Of a stretch of 64,000 bases of DNA, positions 25,355-38,958 are shown piece after piece; position 1 is the first letter of the stretch, and each line of letters begins with the position of its first letter. A program made the position numbers and the translations under genes. Where the stretch lies: contig OZ024751.1 in the NCBI GenBank assembly GCA_964016885.1, forward strand, positions 27,714,001-27,778,000. Reading direction: 5' to 3'. Origin of the DNA: Eledone cirrhosa. Taxonomy: Eukaryota. The notes below the pieces were generated by a model that was given only the letters and a program-made list of their open reading frames with translations, was not told where the DNA came from and ran no database searches.

Positions 25355-25742
25355 TGTGTGTATGTGTACGTGTGTGTGTGTCTGCGTGTGTGTGTGTACG
25401 TACGTGTGTCTGTCTGCGTGTGTGTGTTTGTGCTGGACCTCTGTGTGTATATATCTGTGTGTGTTCTGTGTGTCTGTCAATATGTAGGTGTCAATGTCTG
25501 TGTGTGTTTGTGTACGTGTGTGTGTACGTACGTGTGTGTGTCTGTGTGTGTGTTTGTGTGTGTCTGTGTTTGTGCTGGACCTCTGTGTGTGTATCTGTGT
25601 GTGTGTCTGTCAGTATGTAGGTGTCAATGGCTGTATGTGTATGTCTCTCTCTTTCTCTGTATGTGTGTGCGTGTCTGTGTGTGTGTATATGTGTGTGTGT
25701 GCGTGTCTGTGTATGTGTGTATGTGTATGTGTGTGTGCGTGT

Positions 25743-25823
<81 letters not shown>

Positions 25824-26680
25824 TGACCTCCACGGAACGACAGGTCAGGCTGTAATTTTACTTCAATGTCGCGAATGCAGTTTCGCCGACTACAACTGTT
25901 TGAGGAATGTCCCGCGGTTACCCCCCCCCCCCCCCCGCGACACCGTTCGAGAACCTATACATGTGTGTGTGTGTGTGTGTGCGTGTGTGTGAAGCGAGGT
26001 GATGTAAGATGTTGAGATGAGATGAAAGGAAAAGGGAAGGTAATAGAAAAACATTAAAAAAGAACAGAAATGGCGGGAAAGTAGAAGTAAATAAATAAAT
26101 TAAGAGAGAAAAGAACTAAAAAAATCAAAATAAAAATTACATAAAGGAATTAAATGAAAGATGGAATGGTGAGGGAGTGAGAGAGGGGAAGGGTGTAGTG
26201 AGAGGATAGGAGTAACTGAGAAAGACGGGGTAGCAGAGGAGGTTAGTGATGGAATGAGAGAGGGGAGAGGTTGAGACAGAGGAAGTGAGTGAGTGAGTGA
26301 TGAAGAAAGTGAGAAAAAAGGGGAGAGAGGGGGGGGGTAGAGAGATAATGAAGAAGGAGAAGAGACAGAGGAGGGAGAGAATGTGAGAGAGAAAGGAAGT
26401 GAGAGAGTGATGGAGAGAGAGAAAGGGAGAGAGGGGGAGTGAGAGAGGAAAGAAGAAAGAGAGAAGGGAGAGAATGATAGAGATAGCGAGAGAGTGCATG
26501 AGAAAGGAAGGGAGACAGTGAGAGAGAGAGAGAGAGACGGGGGGAGAGAAAGAGATGAAGGGAGAAAGAGAGAGAGAGAGAGAAGGAAAGGGAGAGTTAG
26601 AGAGAACGCAAGAGAGAGGAATGGAGACTGTGAGAGAATGGGAGAGAAAAGGAGAGGGAGGGAGAGAGAAGGAAGGTAGT
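25355..26680. repeat. (TG)n-rich tract followed by GA-rich polypurine tract
   Basis: Direct inspection; low-complexity sequence. Confidence 0.9.
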
Positions 26681-27029
26681 TTAAAGTAGTTATGAATGAT
26701 TTAGTACAAGTGTCAAGTGACAACTTATAGAGTGTAAGGGGAACTGTTAATCTATATTTCAAGACGTTGATCCGATTAGAAGACACAACCTGGGTCTTTG
26801 CCCAAATAATATGCCGTCTTAGACACCACACCACATCACAGCACAGCCCTGTATACCGTCTTCTCAGACACCCAACCTACCTCACCACTCTACCCACCAC
26901 GAAAAGCCACATCAGACACCCACCCACCACAAAAACCCACCATGTGCCATGCGAAAATGGTGGTGTATACAAAAACCATAACATTATTTTGCTTCTCATT
27001 TATACTATTTTTCTGAAGAGTAACTAACC

Positions 27030-27190
27030 CCATGGAAAAAGGCTATAGGAAACGGATGCATAACATCTGGAACGAGATTGGTCTATTTAAATTAGATGAA
27101 CAAAAATTGGCTGGGCAAGCTCGGGTAATAAGAACTAATGGATGGCTAAGCGAGTTGGAACTGGAGGAACTGAGCAGAGAGATTAAACCG
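27030..27190 (+). mobile_element. R4/Dong-like LINE N-terminal fragment
   Basis: KGYRKRMHNIWNE...LDEQKLAGQARVI....WLSELELEEL resembles the Myb-like N-terminus of R4-clade ORFs. Confidence 0.65.
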
Positions 27191-28344
27191 GGCGCTGTGG
27201 CATTTCAGCAAACTCATTGCTTTTCATAGTACGTATAGTTTAAGAAATATTCTTGACTGTTAGTTACATTCTACCAAAGTAGAGCAATCAATGGTTTCAC
27301 TTACGTTCAAAGATGTTACTGGGTTTTGCTTTTATTTAAACTTTCTTAGCTTTTTTACAAAAATTATTTTTTAATTGCAAAATTAAATTTCAAACAAAAA
27401 ATAAAACAAATTTTTCTCATTGTAAATTCTGCAAACTAAAATTCTTCTGTGAAAAATCACAGGAATAGGAAAAAATCGATAACCATTCAACCTCATCCCT
27501 CGGAGCGTTCTCTATAGTTTTCTGTTAACCCCCCCCCCCCCTACCCACACATACATTGTCCCCTTCCCTCTCTTTCTCTCTTTTTATCTCTCTATTTCTC
27601 TCCCACACATTCTCTTCCTCTTGTATTTTTTATCTCACACTCTCTGCTTCTCTCTTACTCTTTCTCCCTCTTTTGATTTTCTCGTTCTCGCTCTCTATCT
27701 ATCTCTACCCCCCCCCCCTTCTCTGTTCCTTTCTCCTTAATTTCTCGTATTATCTCCCTTTCCTCCTATCTCCGTTTAGAAATACAGGTACTCACGTATA
27801 CACACTCCCACATATAGGCACACATACACACAAACACATACTCCCTCACACACATGTACAGGGTCTGCCACACGTACACATACATGCGTTCAAATACGCA
27901 TACATACACACACACTCATAATTACACATATATACATACATATACATATATATATATATATATATATACAGTATATATATATATATATATGAATAAAAAA
28001 TAGCGAGCCGTGTTGTTGCAGTTAAGTATAATAAATGAAGTATTAGAAATAGAAGCCAGGACTATCCGTCATCAGTTGTCTACTAGCCATCATAGGTATT
28101 TCTTCGCATTACAGACCATATACCTTCGGCTAGGGCGATACAATAACTAAATTAAGTTATTGGGATAAAAAGAACTGGTTGGAGTAAGGGAGACAGGTAA
28201 AGAAACACGAATGGGGAGGCGACGTAAAGAGAGGAAAACATGAACAAATCAAGTCAATAATTCATTTCGAACATAAGAACGTGCGAATTTTGACGAGAAG
28301 GTTTATATATACATATATACATACGCATAAACACTCACACACAC

Positions 28345-30245
28345 ACACATATATATATAAAGTGAAGTTAAGTGTGGATTTTGATCCGGGGATGAACGTG
28401 GGCTACATTAAATTTTCGAAAAATCGATAATTGGAGGCAAAAATCGATATTTACGAAATTTGTCGGATTCCAATGAAATTTGACGTAGGTATGTATTTTG
28501 ATGCGGGGATCAACGTGAGAGTACTTGAAATTTTTAAAAAATCGATAATCGGACCCCCAGAGGCAAAATTCAATATTTTCAGAATTCGTCCGATTTCAAT
28601 GAAATTTGATATTACCACAATAATAGATCCATTAGGAGTTACTCCAAGGCTGCAAAAATTCAGAAAGTTTTTTTAAACTCATAAATCATGCGTTAAATGA
28701 GACCTTTAAGAGTTAGGGAAGACAATTATTCATAGTTTAATTATCAATGGCGCAATATTGTGGAAATATGCAAATCTACGCCTTTCTTTATGGGAAAATA
28801 GAAGGATTTACAAATAGATATTCAGGGTTCTTTGAGTAGAATTCTTAATTCTTAAATAATTGTACAGTCAACAAAATATGACAGAATGTTTTTCATATTT
28901 TTTTCAAAAATCTTTCGATTTTAATGAAATTTAATGTGTATGTATTCGAACACAAGCACTTTTAGTTTACACCTGGCGCAATCAAAATCAATTTCATATG
29001 CCCATATAAGCACGCCCACACTGTGACTCACGCGCGTTATTGATTAGACGGCCTGTCTATACCACGAGCAGTATGTTTTCTCAACAATAGATACACAAAC
29101 AGGTATGCACGCACGTGCGAACCGCCTTTTTCTCTTTATGTGTATCCGCTTTTTGTGAACAACAATAAATTCGGCCGTCTCACTAAACGGACCTTTACAG
29201 AATTTGCCCACTTACTTATCGGTGAGTTAGTGCTTATTTATTTAGACTACTTGCATGCTATTTCAGTTAAATTTAATTCATTTTTCGCCTTCCTTAAATT
29301 AAAAAATCCCTATTGAGACTAGGGGATTGTCGACATTTTAGCATTAAACTTTTCATATTCCCCCTTATTCAAGTGCAAATACAGTATTATCCCTATCTGA
29401 AAGGAAACCAAATGTAATGGTGTCTTTTGTGGTGCCAAAAGCTAAAAGCGGTGAGTAAATTTTCAAACAGTCTTAAATAATCATGCTTTTTGAAAAAAAT
29501 TTACTAAATAATACTTTGACCAAGTTGTATTGGACACATACAAAGTTGTACAAAATGTTACGTCCGTACCAATTTTTTCCTTTTTTAAACAAAAGGTTCT
29601 AAAAAATTACTTTTGCACAGGAAGTGAGTAAGTTTTTGGGTTTTTAAACGTAAGTTCACCAGGGTTTGTGTCTTTTCCATTATTAGCCCACCTCTAATGC
29701 CATTTTTTGTTCTGTTTACAATTAAATGTTATGAGCGTATTTGCAAATTGCTATTGTTCTTTAATTGTTTAATTAGTTGTCATAGACATCTGTGTGCAGT
29801 GCAATTGATTGCGCATACGTACACACCTGCATGCAGATAAACACTGACAGCTAATAAAAAATCGATAATTTGCTTATTAAGACATCGGTCAAAAAGAGAG
29901 ATTGAATGTACTTTAGAAAATTGTTTGAATATATTGTTCTTTTTGGCATGATATGTCAGAAATATAGCTACTATTCACTTTGGTTATTTTTTGTAACTAA
30001 GAAACGGTTCCTTTTGGGTGGATACTTAACAAGAAAGATCCCAGATGACGTCACTACGGCTACAACGTTCCGCCATAACATGTGGAAATACAACTCCTGT
30101 TTCATGAGGACCTCCTTTGGTGTAGACAATAACAACACCAACAACAGCGTGAACCCCAACAACAACGTTGCACTTGTGATGCGTGGGAAATAACAACAGA
30201 GCAAAGGTCGACTTACACCCGGGCAACGCCGGGTACTTCTGCTAG
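28345..30245 (+). mobile_element. Non-autonomous Helitron (3' end clear, 5' boundary uncertain)
   Basis: Subterminal hairpin ACCCGG gcaacg CCGGGT (30217-30234) followed by CTAG|T at 30242-30246. Internal about 118-bp duplication at 28378/28496. Confidence 0.6.
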
Positions 30246-30279
<34 letters not shown>

Positions 30280-31188
30280 CATGGACACAAACACACACAC
30301 ATATATATATATATATACGCACACATATGTATATATATAGTATGAGTAGTTTAGCAGCTTTCTCCAATAAAATCAATACTTCTGACCAGCTAGTTCATCA
30401 ATGATCAATACAGATCACTAATTTTTCCAAAACTAATTAATCAAAACCAGGTTTTCTCTGTTCAATATATTTTTGTTTATTTTATTTTAATTTTTTACTA
30501 GTTTTATTTTTACTGTTGTATTTAAAAAAATATATTTTACAGCTCGTCTTTGTCTTCTCTTTCGAAACGTTGAATACTAATTTGAATTGACGTAGGTTTT
30601 CTGATAATGGCTTCTGATTTAGGGACAAGGCCAGCAATTATGAGGGAAAGGAAATGTCGATTAAATCGCCCCCAGTGCATTACTGGTACTTTATTTTTAA
30701 AGGCAAAGTTAATCTCGGCGGGATTTGAACTCAGAACGTAAAGGGCCATAACTCTGTGCTGCAAAGCATGGTGTCTGACACTCTACCAATACTGCCAATC
30801 CGCCTTTCTAATAATGTAATAACAATTGTTTCTACTTAGGGCACAAGGCCAGCAATTACCCCCAGTACATTACTGGTACTTTATTTCACTGGGGTAATTG
30901 CTGGCCTTGTGCAATAATGTAATAATAATGGTTTCTTGCATTGACAATCTTGTAATAATTGTTTCTACTTTTGGTACAATGCCAGCAATTACCCCAGTAC
31001 ATTACTGGTACTTTATTTTATCGACCCCGTAAGGATGAAAGGCAAAGTTAACCTCGGCGGGATTTGAACTCAGACCGTAAAGGGACGTAACTCTGCTGAA
31101 AAGCATGGCGTCCGACCCTCTACTGATACTGCCAATCCAATGATGGGGAGATAGCGGAGGAGGAGGAGAAGAAGGATACTCTTTGTAC

Positions 31189-32296
31189 ATGACAAATGTG
31201 ACAGGTAGTGTCTTAGTACTTGACACAAACAATTGGTGTAGAAATGACAAATGTGACAGGTAGTGTCTTAGTACTTGACACAAACAATTGGTGTAGAAAT
31301 GACAAATGTGACAGGTAGTGTCTTAGTACTTGACACAAACAATTGGTGTAGAAATGACAAATGTGACAGGTAGTGTCTTAGTACTTGACACAAACAATTG
31401 GTGTAGAAATGACAAATGTGACAGGTAGTGTCTTAGTACTTGACACAAACAATTGGTGTAGAAATGACAAATGTGACAGGTAGTGTCTTAGTACTTGACA
31501 CAAACAATTGGTGTAGAAATGACAAATGTGACAGGTAGTGTCTTAGTACTTGACACAAACAATTGGTGTAGAAATGACAAATGTGACAGGTAGTGTCTTA
31601 GTACTTGACACAAACAATTGGTGTAGAAATGACAAATGTGACAGGTAGTGTCTTAGTACTTGACACAAACAATTGGTGTAGAAATGACAAATGTGACAGG
31701 TAGTGTCTTAGTACTTGACACAAACAATTGGTGTAGAAATGACAAATGTGACAGGTAGTGTCTTAGTACTTGACACAAACAATTGGTGTAGAAATGACAA
31801 ATGTGACAGGTAGTGTCTTAGTACTTGACACAAACAATTGGTGTAGAAATGACAAATGTGACAGGTAGTGTCTTAGTACTTGACACAAACAATTGGTGTA
31901 GAAATGACAAATGTGACAGGTAGTGTCTTAGTACTTGACACAAACAATTGGTGTAGAAATGACAAATGTGACAGGTAGTGTCTTAGTACTTGACACAAAC
32001 AATTGGTGTAGAAATGACAAATGTGACAGGTAGTGTCTTAGTACTTGACACAAACAATTGGTGTAGAAATGACAAATGTGACAGGTAGTGTCTTAGTACT
32101 TGACACAAACAATTGGTGTAGAAATGACAAATGTGACAGGTAGTGTCTTAGTACTTGACACAAACAATTGGTGTAGAAATGACAAATGTGACAGGTAGTG
32201 TCTTAGTACTTGACACAAACAATTGGTGTAGAAATGACAAATGTGACAGGTAGTGTCTTAGTACTTGACACAAACAATTGGTGTAGAAATGACAAA
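31189..32296. repeat. Perfect 55-bp tandem array, 20 copies
   Basis: Unit ATGACAAATGTGACAGGTAGTGTCTTAGTACTTGACACAAACAATTGGTGTAGAA; period 55 from 31191 to 32291; no spacers. Confidence 0.97.
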
Positions 32297-33257
32297 GCTA
32301 TCAGAATTTATTATATGATGTTTTTTTCTTTGGTTTTATTTTGATTTCACTTTTTACCATCGTTGTTAGAAATTGAGGAATGTGTTTAATTATAATTGAA
32401 ACATCAACAATGGGAAGAATATAAAACCTCTCTCTCTCTCTCTCTCTCTCTCTGGAGAAGAGGAGAAGGAGAGAAAAGAAAAGAAAAGAAAAGAAAAAAA
32501 GAAAAGAAAGAATGGAAATGAGATTTGACAGTTTATCAATAATGATAATAATAATTGTTTCTACATTTGGCACAAGGCCAGCAATCACCCAGTGTATTAC
32601 TGGTACTTTATTTTATTGACCCCGTAAGGATGAAAGGCAAAGTTAACCTCGGCTGGATTTGAACTCAGACTGTAAAGGACCGTAACTCTATGCTACAAAG
32701 CATGGAGTCCGACCTACCAATACTGATAATAATGGTTTCTGATATAGGCACAAGGCCAACAATTTTGGGGGAGGGGGAAAGCTGATGAAAGCAACCCCAG
32801 TGCATTACTGGTACTTAATAATTAAAATTTCTTTTCAGGATTCGGTAACAATTGATAAATGGTTTCTTTTATTTATTTATTTTTCCCTATTCAAGAATCG
32901 TTGGTATATATATATATATATAAACTTTATTTAAACCTAGACAAGTGGTTCCCTAACTTATTTTACCCATGGAGCAGTTTTGAAAAAGTAAAAATATGCA
33001 GGCACATTTTGTACACAAACCACTTCTCATTCTTAACAGAGTTGACAGATTGTGCTTTTTTTTTCACAAATCTTGTTACTAAGCTTTATTTGTTTCCCAC
33101 TTTGACAGCAATATATGAACTTTCATATGAATTTCAGGTTGTATTTTTCACATCTTAAAAATTCAATCTTAGTCTTTTGCGGCACATCTAGTTACATCAG
33201 TGTGTTGCAGTGCACATTTGGGACCTACAGACTTATAGTAAAGAATTAGAACAACCA

Positions 33258-33298
33258 TCACAGTTTACTGGGAAGTTTGGCAGATTTTCTGTTACGAC
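33258..33298 (-). CDS. TYSND1: TYSND1 coding exon 9 (PTS1)
   Basis: ttattgcag|GT CGT...AGT AAA CTG TGA; encodes (G)RNRKSAKLPSKL* with a canonical SKL peroxisomal signal, in phase. Confidence 0.9.
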
Positions 33299-33576
33299 CT
33301 GCAATAAAAAGAGGAGAAAATTAAATAACTTATAATGATGTTTATAACTACAGAGGTGTATATAATTAATAAAAGGTTTTAATGTATAATAAACATACAT
33401 TTAGTCTCAGTATCTGTAGTATATGTATATATATATATATATATACATGGAGGAGGTTATAGTTCACTTGAAGCATTGTGTAATGAGGTATAAACGTTTG
33501 AATTTGTAAAGCCAAAACAATGAAGAGTGTAAACAAGACAAACCATTACGTAGTCTTGGTAACAAGTTCGAACGCA

Positions 33577-33835
33577 ATATACAATATAAATGACAATCCA
33601 AGTGTTCAAAACATTTAATCACTTACAATCGTTTCATCCTAGCACAAGGTTGGAATCATCGGAGCAGATAATGAAGGTCAAACACAAATATATGTTCTTG
33701 GGACAATGTTTTGATATTATATTTGTGTTTGACCTTTGTTATCTACTCCGATGATTCCGACCTTGTGCTAGGATGAAAAGGTCGTAAGTGATTAAATGTT
33801 TTAAACAATCTTTGATTGCCATTTATATTGTATAT
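33577..33835. repeat. Inverted repeat, about 116-bp arms, each with a hammerhead-like motif
   Basis: Arms 33577-33692 and 33718-33835; ACT-CCGATGA-TTCC..GGAT-GAAA(C)GRTYGTA-AGT on both strands. Confidence 0.85.
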
Positions 33836-34817
33836 ATATGTAAATATATGTGTGTGTGTGTGTGTGTATATTGAACAATGAAAATAAAACAAAAGTCAAA
33901 GATAAGTTCATAATTAGTTCATTGTTTTACAATCATTTCAGAGGGTTGATTGATTATGGTGAAGTAACATATTGACTAATAGATAGTAGTTATGTCAGCA
34001 CCTATTCCTAGCCTCAATATCCTAGATCTATCTCACCGTCTTCTTCAAAGGATGGTTCCTTATGCAATGAAAGCCTACCAAAAAAAAAAAAAACTATAGT
34101 TCTAATTAAATCTTGTTGTGTCCACAAGTGTCAGTTACAAAGCTTGGCTAGATGTGGTTCCACACATGAATAGAATTACCAATCCAAGCTCATCAGTGGG
34201 TGATGAATTAGTATCCTAGACACTTCTAAGTATTCACAATTAACATTGCGAAACAAGTTGTCTGGGTGTTTGGTAGTTACCACAATTCCGGTTTGTATTT
34301 ATTTTCTTAATTTTTTCAAACCCAATTGTCTATAGTTAGTATTCTTTTCACCTTAGCGAATCCGGTCCCTTACAATATGAACACATATATGTATATGTCT
34401 GTGTTCATTTTTCTTTTATATTCTATTATAATATACGGCTTGGAAATATCTCTTTCTTAGACTATTTTGAGTTCCTAACTCAATATATACCTTTGATATA
34501 CGTATATATATATATATATATAGGGTTATCGTGTTTGAGCTCTACTGATGAACGGTTCCAACCGTGACCATCCTCACTGAATGTTTCGTGAAATAGTCTT
34601 TTTAAGACTATATAGAGCATTTATAGTTTTTCCAAATTGAAGGATGAGTATATAAACTTTATTTTATTCAGAGTTAAGGCTCTATTGATTTTTCCCTGGA
34701 TTTCACAAAATTCTATGGATAAATCTGTCTTGATTTTTTTTTCCATTTTGACGTTATAGTCACTTATATATTATGAAATACTGTTGGCTTCATGCTCACA
34801 ATAATTTCTATACTTTC

Positions 34818-34859
<42 letters not shown>

Positions 34860-36347
34860 TAAAATAGCAGATTCAAGTTTAAGCAAAGAATCGCTGCTTT
34901 CACCCTTAACGGGATCTTCTGAAACTAACAAAGTCATATTTGTTCTACGGTTCTTATATATTTGATATATATTTATCCTTATCGAGGCCTCTTTGGATTT
35001 TAGTCTTCAAATTTATTATTATTACTATATATATATATATATATATCATCATCATCATCATCATTTCATTTTACGTCCGCTTCTTCCCTGCTTGCAAGGG
35101 TGGGACGGGAACTGATGCTGGCTTGATTTCTACAGCTGGATGCCCTTCCTAACACCAACCTCATTTACAGTGAGTGCTGGGTGCTTTTTTGCCGTGGCAC
35201 CTCCACGACCACTTTGCAGTGGAATGATAGGGACCCCAGTCCCTATCATCTCATTTCTACAGCTGAGTAAACTGGAGCAATGTGAAATAAAGTGTCTTGC
35301 TCAAGGAAACAACACATCACCCAGTCTGAGAATTGAACTCACAACCTTTCGATTGCAAGGCCAATGCTCATTTATATATATATAAATGAAGTATTTCCGT
35401 AGGAAAGGTAAAGGAAAAGAGAGTGCTCTATGTAGGCTACAGATTAATCTTCATATGCAAATGAGATTAATCACCTCAGTTACACAGATGAGAAAACTAT
35501 ATATTCTCGGCTGTCTTCTAGTCCAGCAGTTGCAAGCGGTGGGAGGGACCGTCCTGACGAAGGCCAGTTCAGCCTGAAATGCAGGATGAATGTGGTGGGT
35601 GTGTATGTGTTAAAAGTATGGTAGAAAGAAAAAGGGGGGTATGTAGTAAATATATATATGTATGTATATATGTGTGTGTAGATATATAGCTGGGCTTTCA
35701 AAATTAGGTCGAGCTGTGTGATTATGCCATAACTGTCTATATTTCTACTACATGGACACACACGGACACACACACACATCTCTATATCCTGACTGATATA
35801 CTGATTAAAGGATTAAGGATTAATCTCCACATTAATCTATTTGTTTATTAAATCTGTATCTGGTTATTGTCTGTACTGTACTGGGTTAAAACTGAAATCT
35901 TTACTCATGTCTCTATATGTGAGTGTATATATGTGTGTGTATATGCGAGCATATGTATGTATGTATATATTTGTGTGTGCATGTGTGTGTGTGTATATTT
36001 GTGTGTGTATGTGTGTGTGCATGTATGTGTATAAATATTTATGTATGTTAAACTCTTAGGTCTTTTGATTCCAGATTTTTCTTCTATGTCTCGAATATCT
36101 TATTTCTTATATATATAGTTCAAGGAGACAAAAAACAAAGGTACAAAAAGTCTTATTAGTTTCATGCTTTATATGGAAAAGGGGAAAGAAAGTTTGACAT
36201 ATCAAGCTTTAGCCCTTCTTCAGGAGTACAAAATTAGAGATAGGATCACAAAGGAGATTCAGAATTATAGGTAGTCCAAATAAAGAAAGAAAATCGAAAA
36301 TAAAGAGGTTGTTGTTGTGATACGACTGAAAGGTCCTCTCAAGCCCT

Positions 36348-36383
<36 letters not shown>

Positions 36384-36496
36384 AAAGAGAGATAGACAGA
36401 GAGAGAGATGAGAGATAAAGAAAGATATATCGACACAGTCAGAAAATAAAAAGTAAGAGAGGGACAAGTTCATCAAAGTGAAAGTAAAGCCCATAC

Positions 36497-36571
36497 CAAC
36501 TGTTGATTGTAATTTCCATATTTGTCTCTCTTTGTCAGACTTCAACCATAACTGCTTCAAATATTCCACAT
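36497..36571 (-). CDS. TYSND1: TYSND1 coding exon 8
   Basis: ttacag|AT GTG...GTT G|gtatgg; DVEYLKQLWLKSDKERQIWKLQ parallels the TYSND1 C-terminal W.LQ segment. Confidence 0.85.
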
Positions 36572-37401
36572 CTGTAATTACAACCATAACTGGTTTAGGT
36601 TATAAAGGATGGAAGAATGGAAGGCAAAGATGACCTCGGCGGGATTGGAAGTCAGAGAGCAGAGTGCTGGACTGAATACCACAAGGCATTCTATCCAATG
36701 TTCTAACAACTCTGCCAATTTGCCGCCTAAGCCATAAGAATAACAGAATAAAAATGTAAAAGAATGTATATAAATTTTGAGCCTGACAATATATTAAAGA
36801 AAGGAAGGGTGATAGTTTGGCAGAAATGGTAAAGTGTCGGATAAAAATACCATTGCAGAATTTGTTCTGGCTCTTCATATTCTGAGCACAAATCCTTCCA
36901 AAGTTAGCTTTGCCTTCTCTTCCTTCTAAAAATCTATCACGAGCTGAGAGGCTCATCAGGCCTGTGCTTATTATGGTTTATTTAGCATGAAGTGACTGAG
37001 AATACAAGACTTCCCCTGGATAGGATGCCAGTCCATCACAGTGTTAAATCCCCAGCTATTGCTGCTGGTATTTATTTTCAGCTGAGTATACTGGAGCAAT
37101 GTGAAATCAAGTGTTTTGCCCTAGAACACAACACACAACCTAGTCCAGAAATCAAACCTACAACATTATGATCATAAGTCTATAAAATAAAGTACCAGTT
37201 AAACACTGGGGTCTATTCCTTCCCCTAAATTTATTGACCTTCTGCCTAAATGGTAACAACTTTTTTTCTTTTTTTTCTGTGTTTATACAGTGATCATCAT
37301 CGTTTAACGTCCATCTTCCATGCTAGCATGGGTAGGACAGTGATTTATTTATTTATTATTCAAAATGTCTACACACCAATATATTAGGGAAAGTAACATA
37401 C

Positions 37402-37487
37402 CATTGCTGTGAACATAGGGTTGGACTATCATCTTTAATGTAGTCATTGGTAAGGACAGACTGATATGTGGCTGGTTGGTCAGCATT
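37402..37487 (-). CDS. TYSND1: TYSND1 coding exon 7
   Basis: ttccag|A ATG...AAT G|gtatgt; MLTNQPHISLSLPMTTL (PH+.+S+P motif); phases match both neighbours. Confidence 0.85.
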
Positions 37488-38958
37488 CTGGAATGGTAGA
37501 GGAACAAAAATAGAAGCTTGAATTAATATTTACACTTATATAAGCAGAATGTAGACCTCTGCCTCTCCCCCCCAGCGAGTCTGGGAGGATAGTAGCTCCG
37601 CTTCAGTAATGACTTACTCTATGAAGACCTGTCCACCTCTTGCTAGTAGAGAAAGTGGATGTTAAAATAGTGATAATGATGATGGTGGTGATGGTTTTGG
37701 TTTGGTGGTGTTGTTGGTGGTGGTGGTGGTGTTGGTGTTGCTCGTGGTGGTGGTGGTAACAGTGGTGGTGGTGGTGATGATGATGGTGACGATGATGATA
37801 TAGTAAACATAGCATTTACATCTTAACTTAATAGGCTTTATCTGTATACTCACATAACTAAAAGAGGGATATTTGTAAATAATATTGGGCACATACTTTT
37901 AACCATCAAGACATTTTGAGCAAAACCCAATTTATTCACCTTCCTGTACTTATATTTAAAAAGCCAGCTTTTTTTATACACACTGTATCACTCCGAATCA
38001 ACCCCGAGAACTACTTAAAAGTCCTCGAACTGCTATTTTCCATGAGGTGGACTGGCTGATGTAGCGAGTGTCACTGGCTGTTCTTCGCAGCAATTCCTTC
38101 GCCATTTTGTCGACGAAACGTAGCTGAAGTATACCACCAAAACTGGGGTTTTGTGTCTATTGCTCCCACCATTTTTCATTTATTTTCGCTATTTAATTTT
38201 TTCACTTTCTTTTTCTTTTCTGTTTTTATTACAAACATTGTATATAATCTAATTTATTGTGGATGGCACGGTTGGGCTGTCTTTTATCATATGTTCTGCT
38301 GGATTGGAGCTGTCCCGAAAGTAAATATCAACATAATACGCGCAAAAGCGAGTATTTAATTTTATAATTAAATATTGACTGTTGTAAGGGAAATAACCCA
38401 GGATGGCTTAAATAAAATGTTGAAAAAAATCTATACATTTTAGTCTCCCTTGAAACGTTTCGCATAAAATGGTGAGTATAAAATACAGCGATAATTTTTA
38501 TCTCGCAATTAGTTACGGCATATAAATTTTATATTCGCGTATAGGTCGCATGTTATATATTCATGTATTTAAACTTACACAGACACAAATACATAAAAAC
38601 AGACGTGCGCACGCACACATATTTATGTGTGTGTGCCCGTGTGTATGTGTTTGTGTGTGTATGTATGTACGTGTGTGTGTGTGGGTGTGTTTGTGTATGT
38701 GTGTATTTGTGTTTGTGCGTGTGAGTGTTATTATGCATGTGTGTGTATGCGTGTGCGTATGTGTGTGCACATATGCATATCTTCATGTGTGTGTATGCGT
38801 GTGTGTATGTGTGTGCACATATGCATATCTTCATGTGTGTGTCTATATACATGTATATATTACTATTTCTATCTCCTCTATCTATATTCTCTGCAGATAT
38901 ATATCCAACATTAAAGGAGACAATTTTACCCAAAACAGAAGAATCATTCCTTCCTTAC

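Noticed and set aside
31189-32296. CRISPR-like array
   Set aside because: Units are contiguous and identical with no variable spacers; eukaryotic context with no cas genes.
34540-34580. CTGATGA-ACGGTT CC AACCGT-GACC hammerhead-like hairpin
   Set aside because: GAAA core and stem III are absent; TTCCAACCGTGACCATCC resembles another dispersed repeat seen in reverse near 59260.
34880-34930. Minus-strand CAGAAGA-TCCC..GGGT-GAAAGC hammerhead-like motif
   Set aside because: Core and stem I are too degenerate to call, though it may be a decayed member of the same class.
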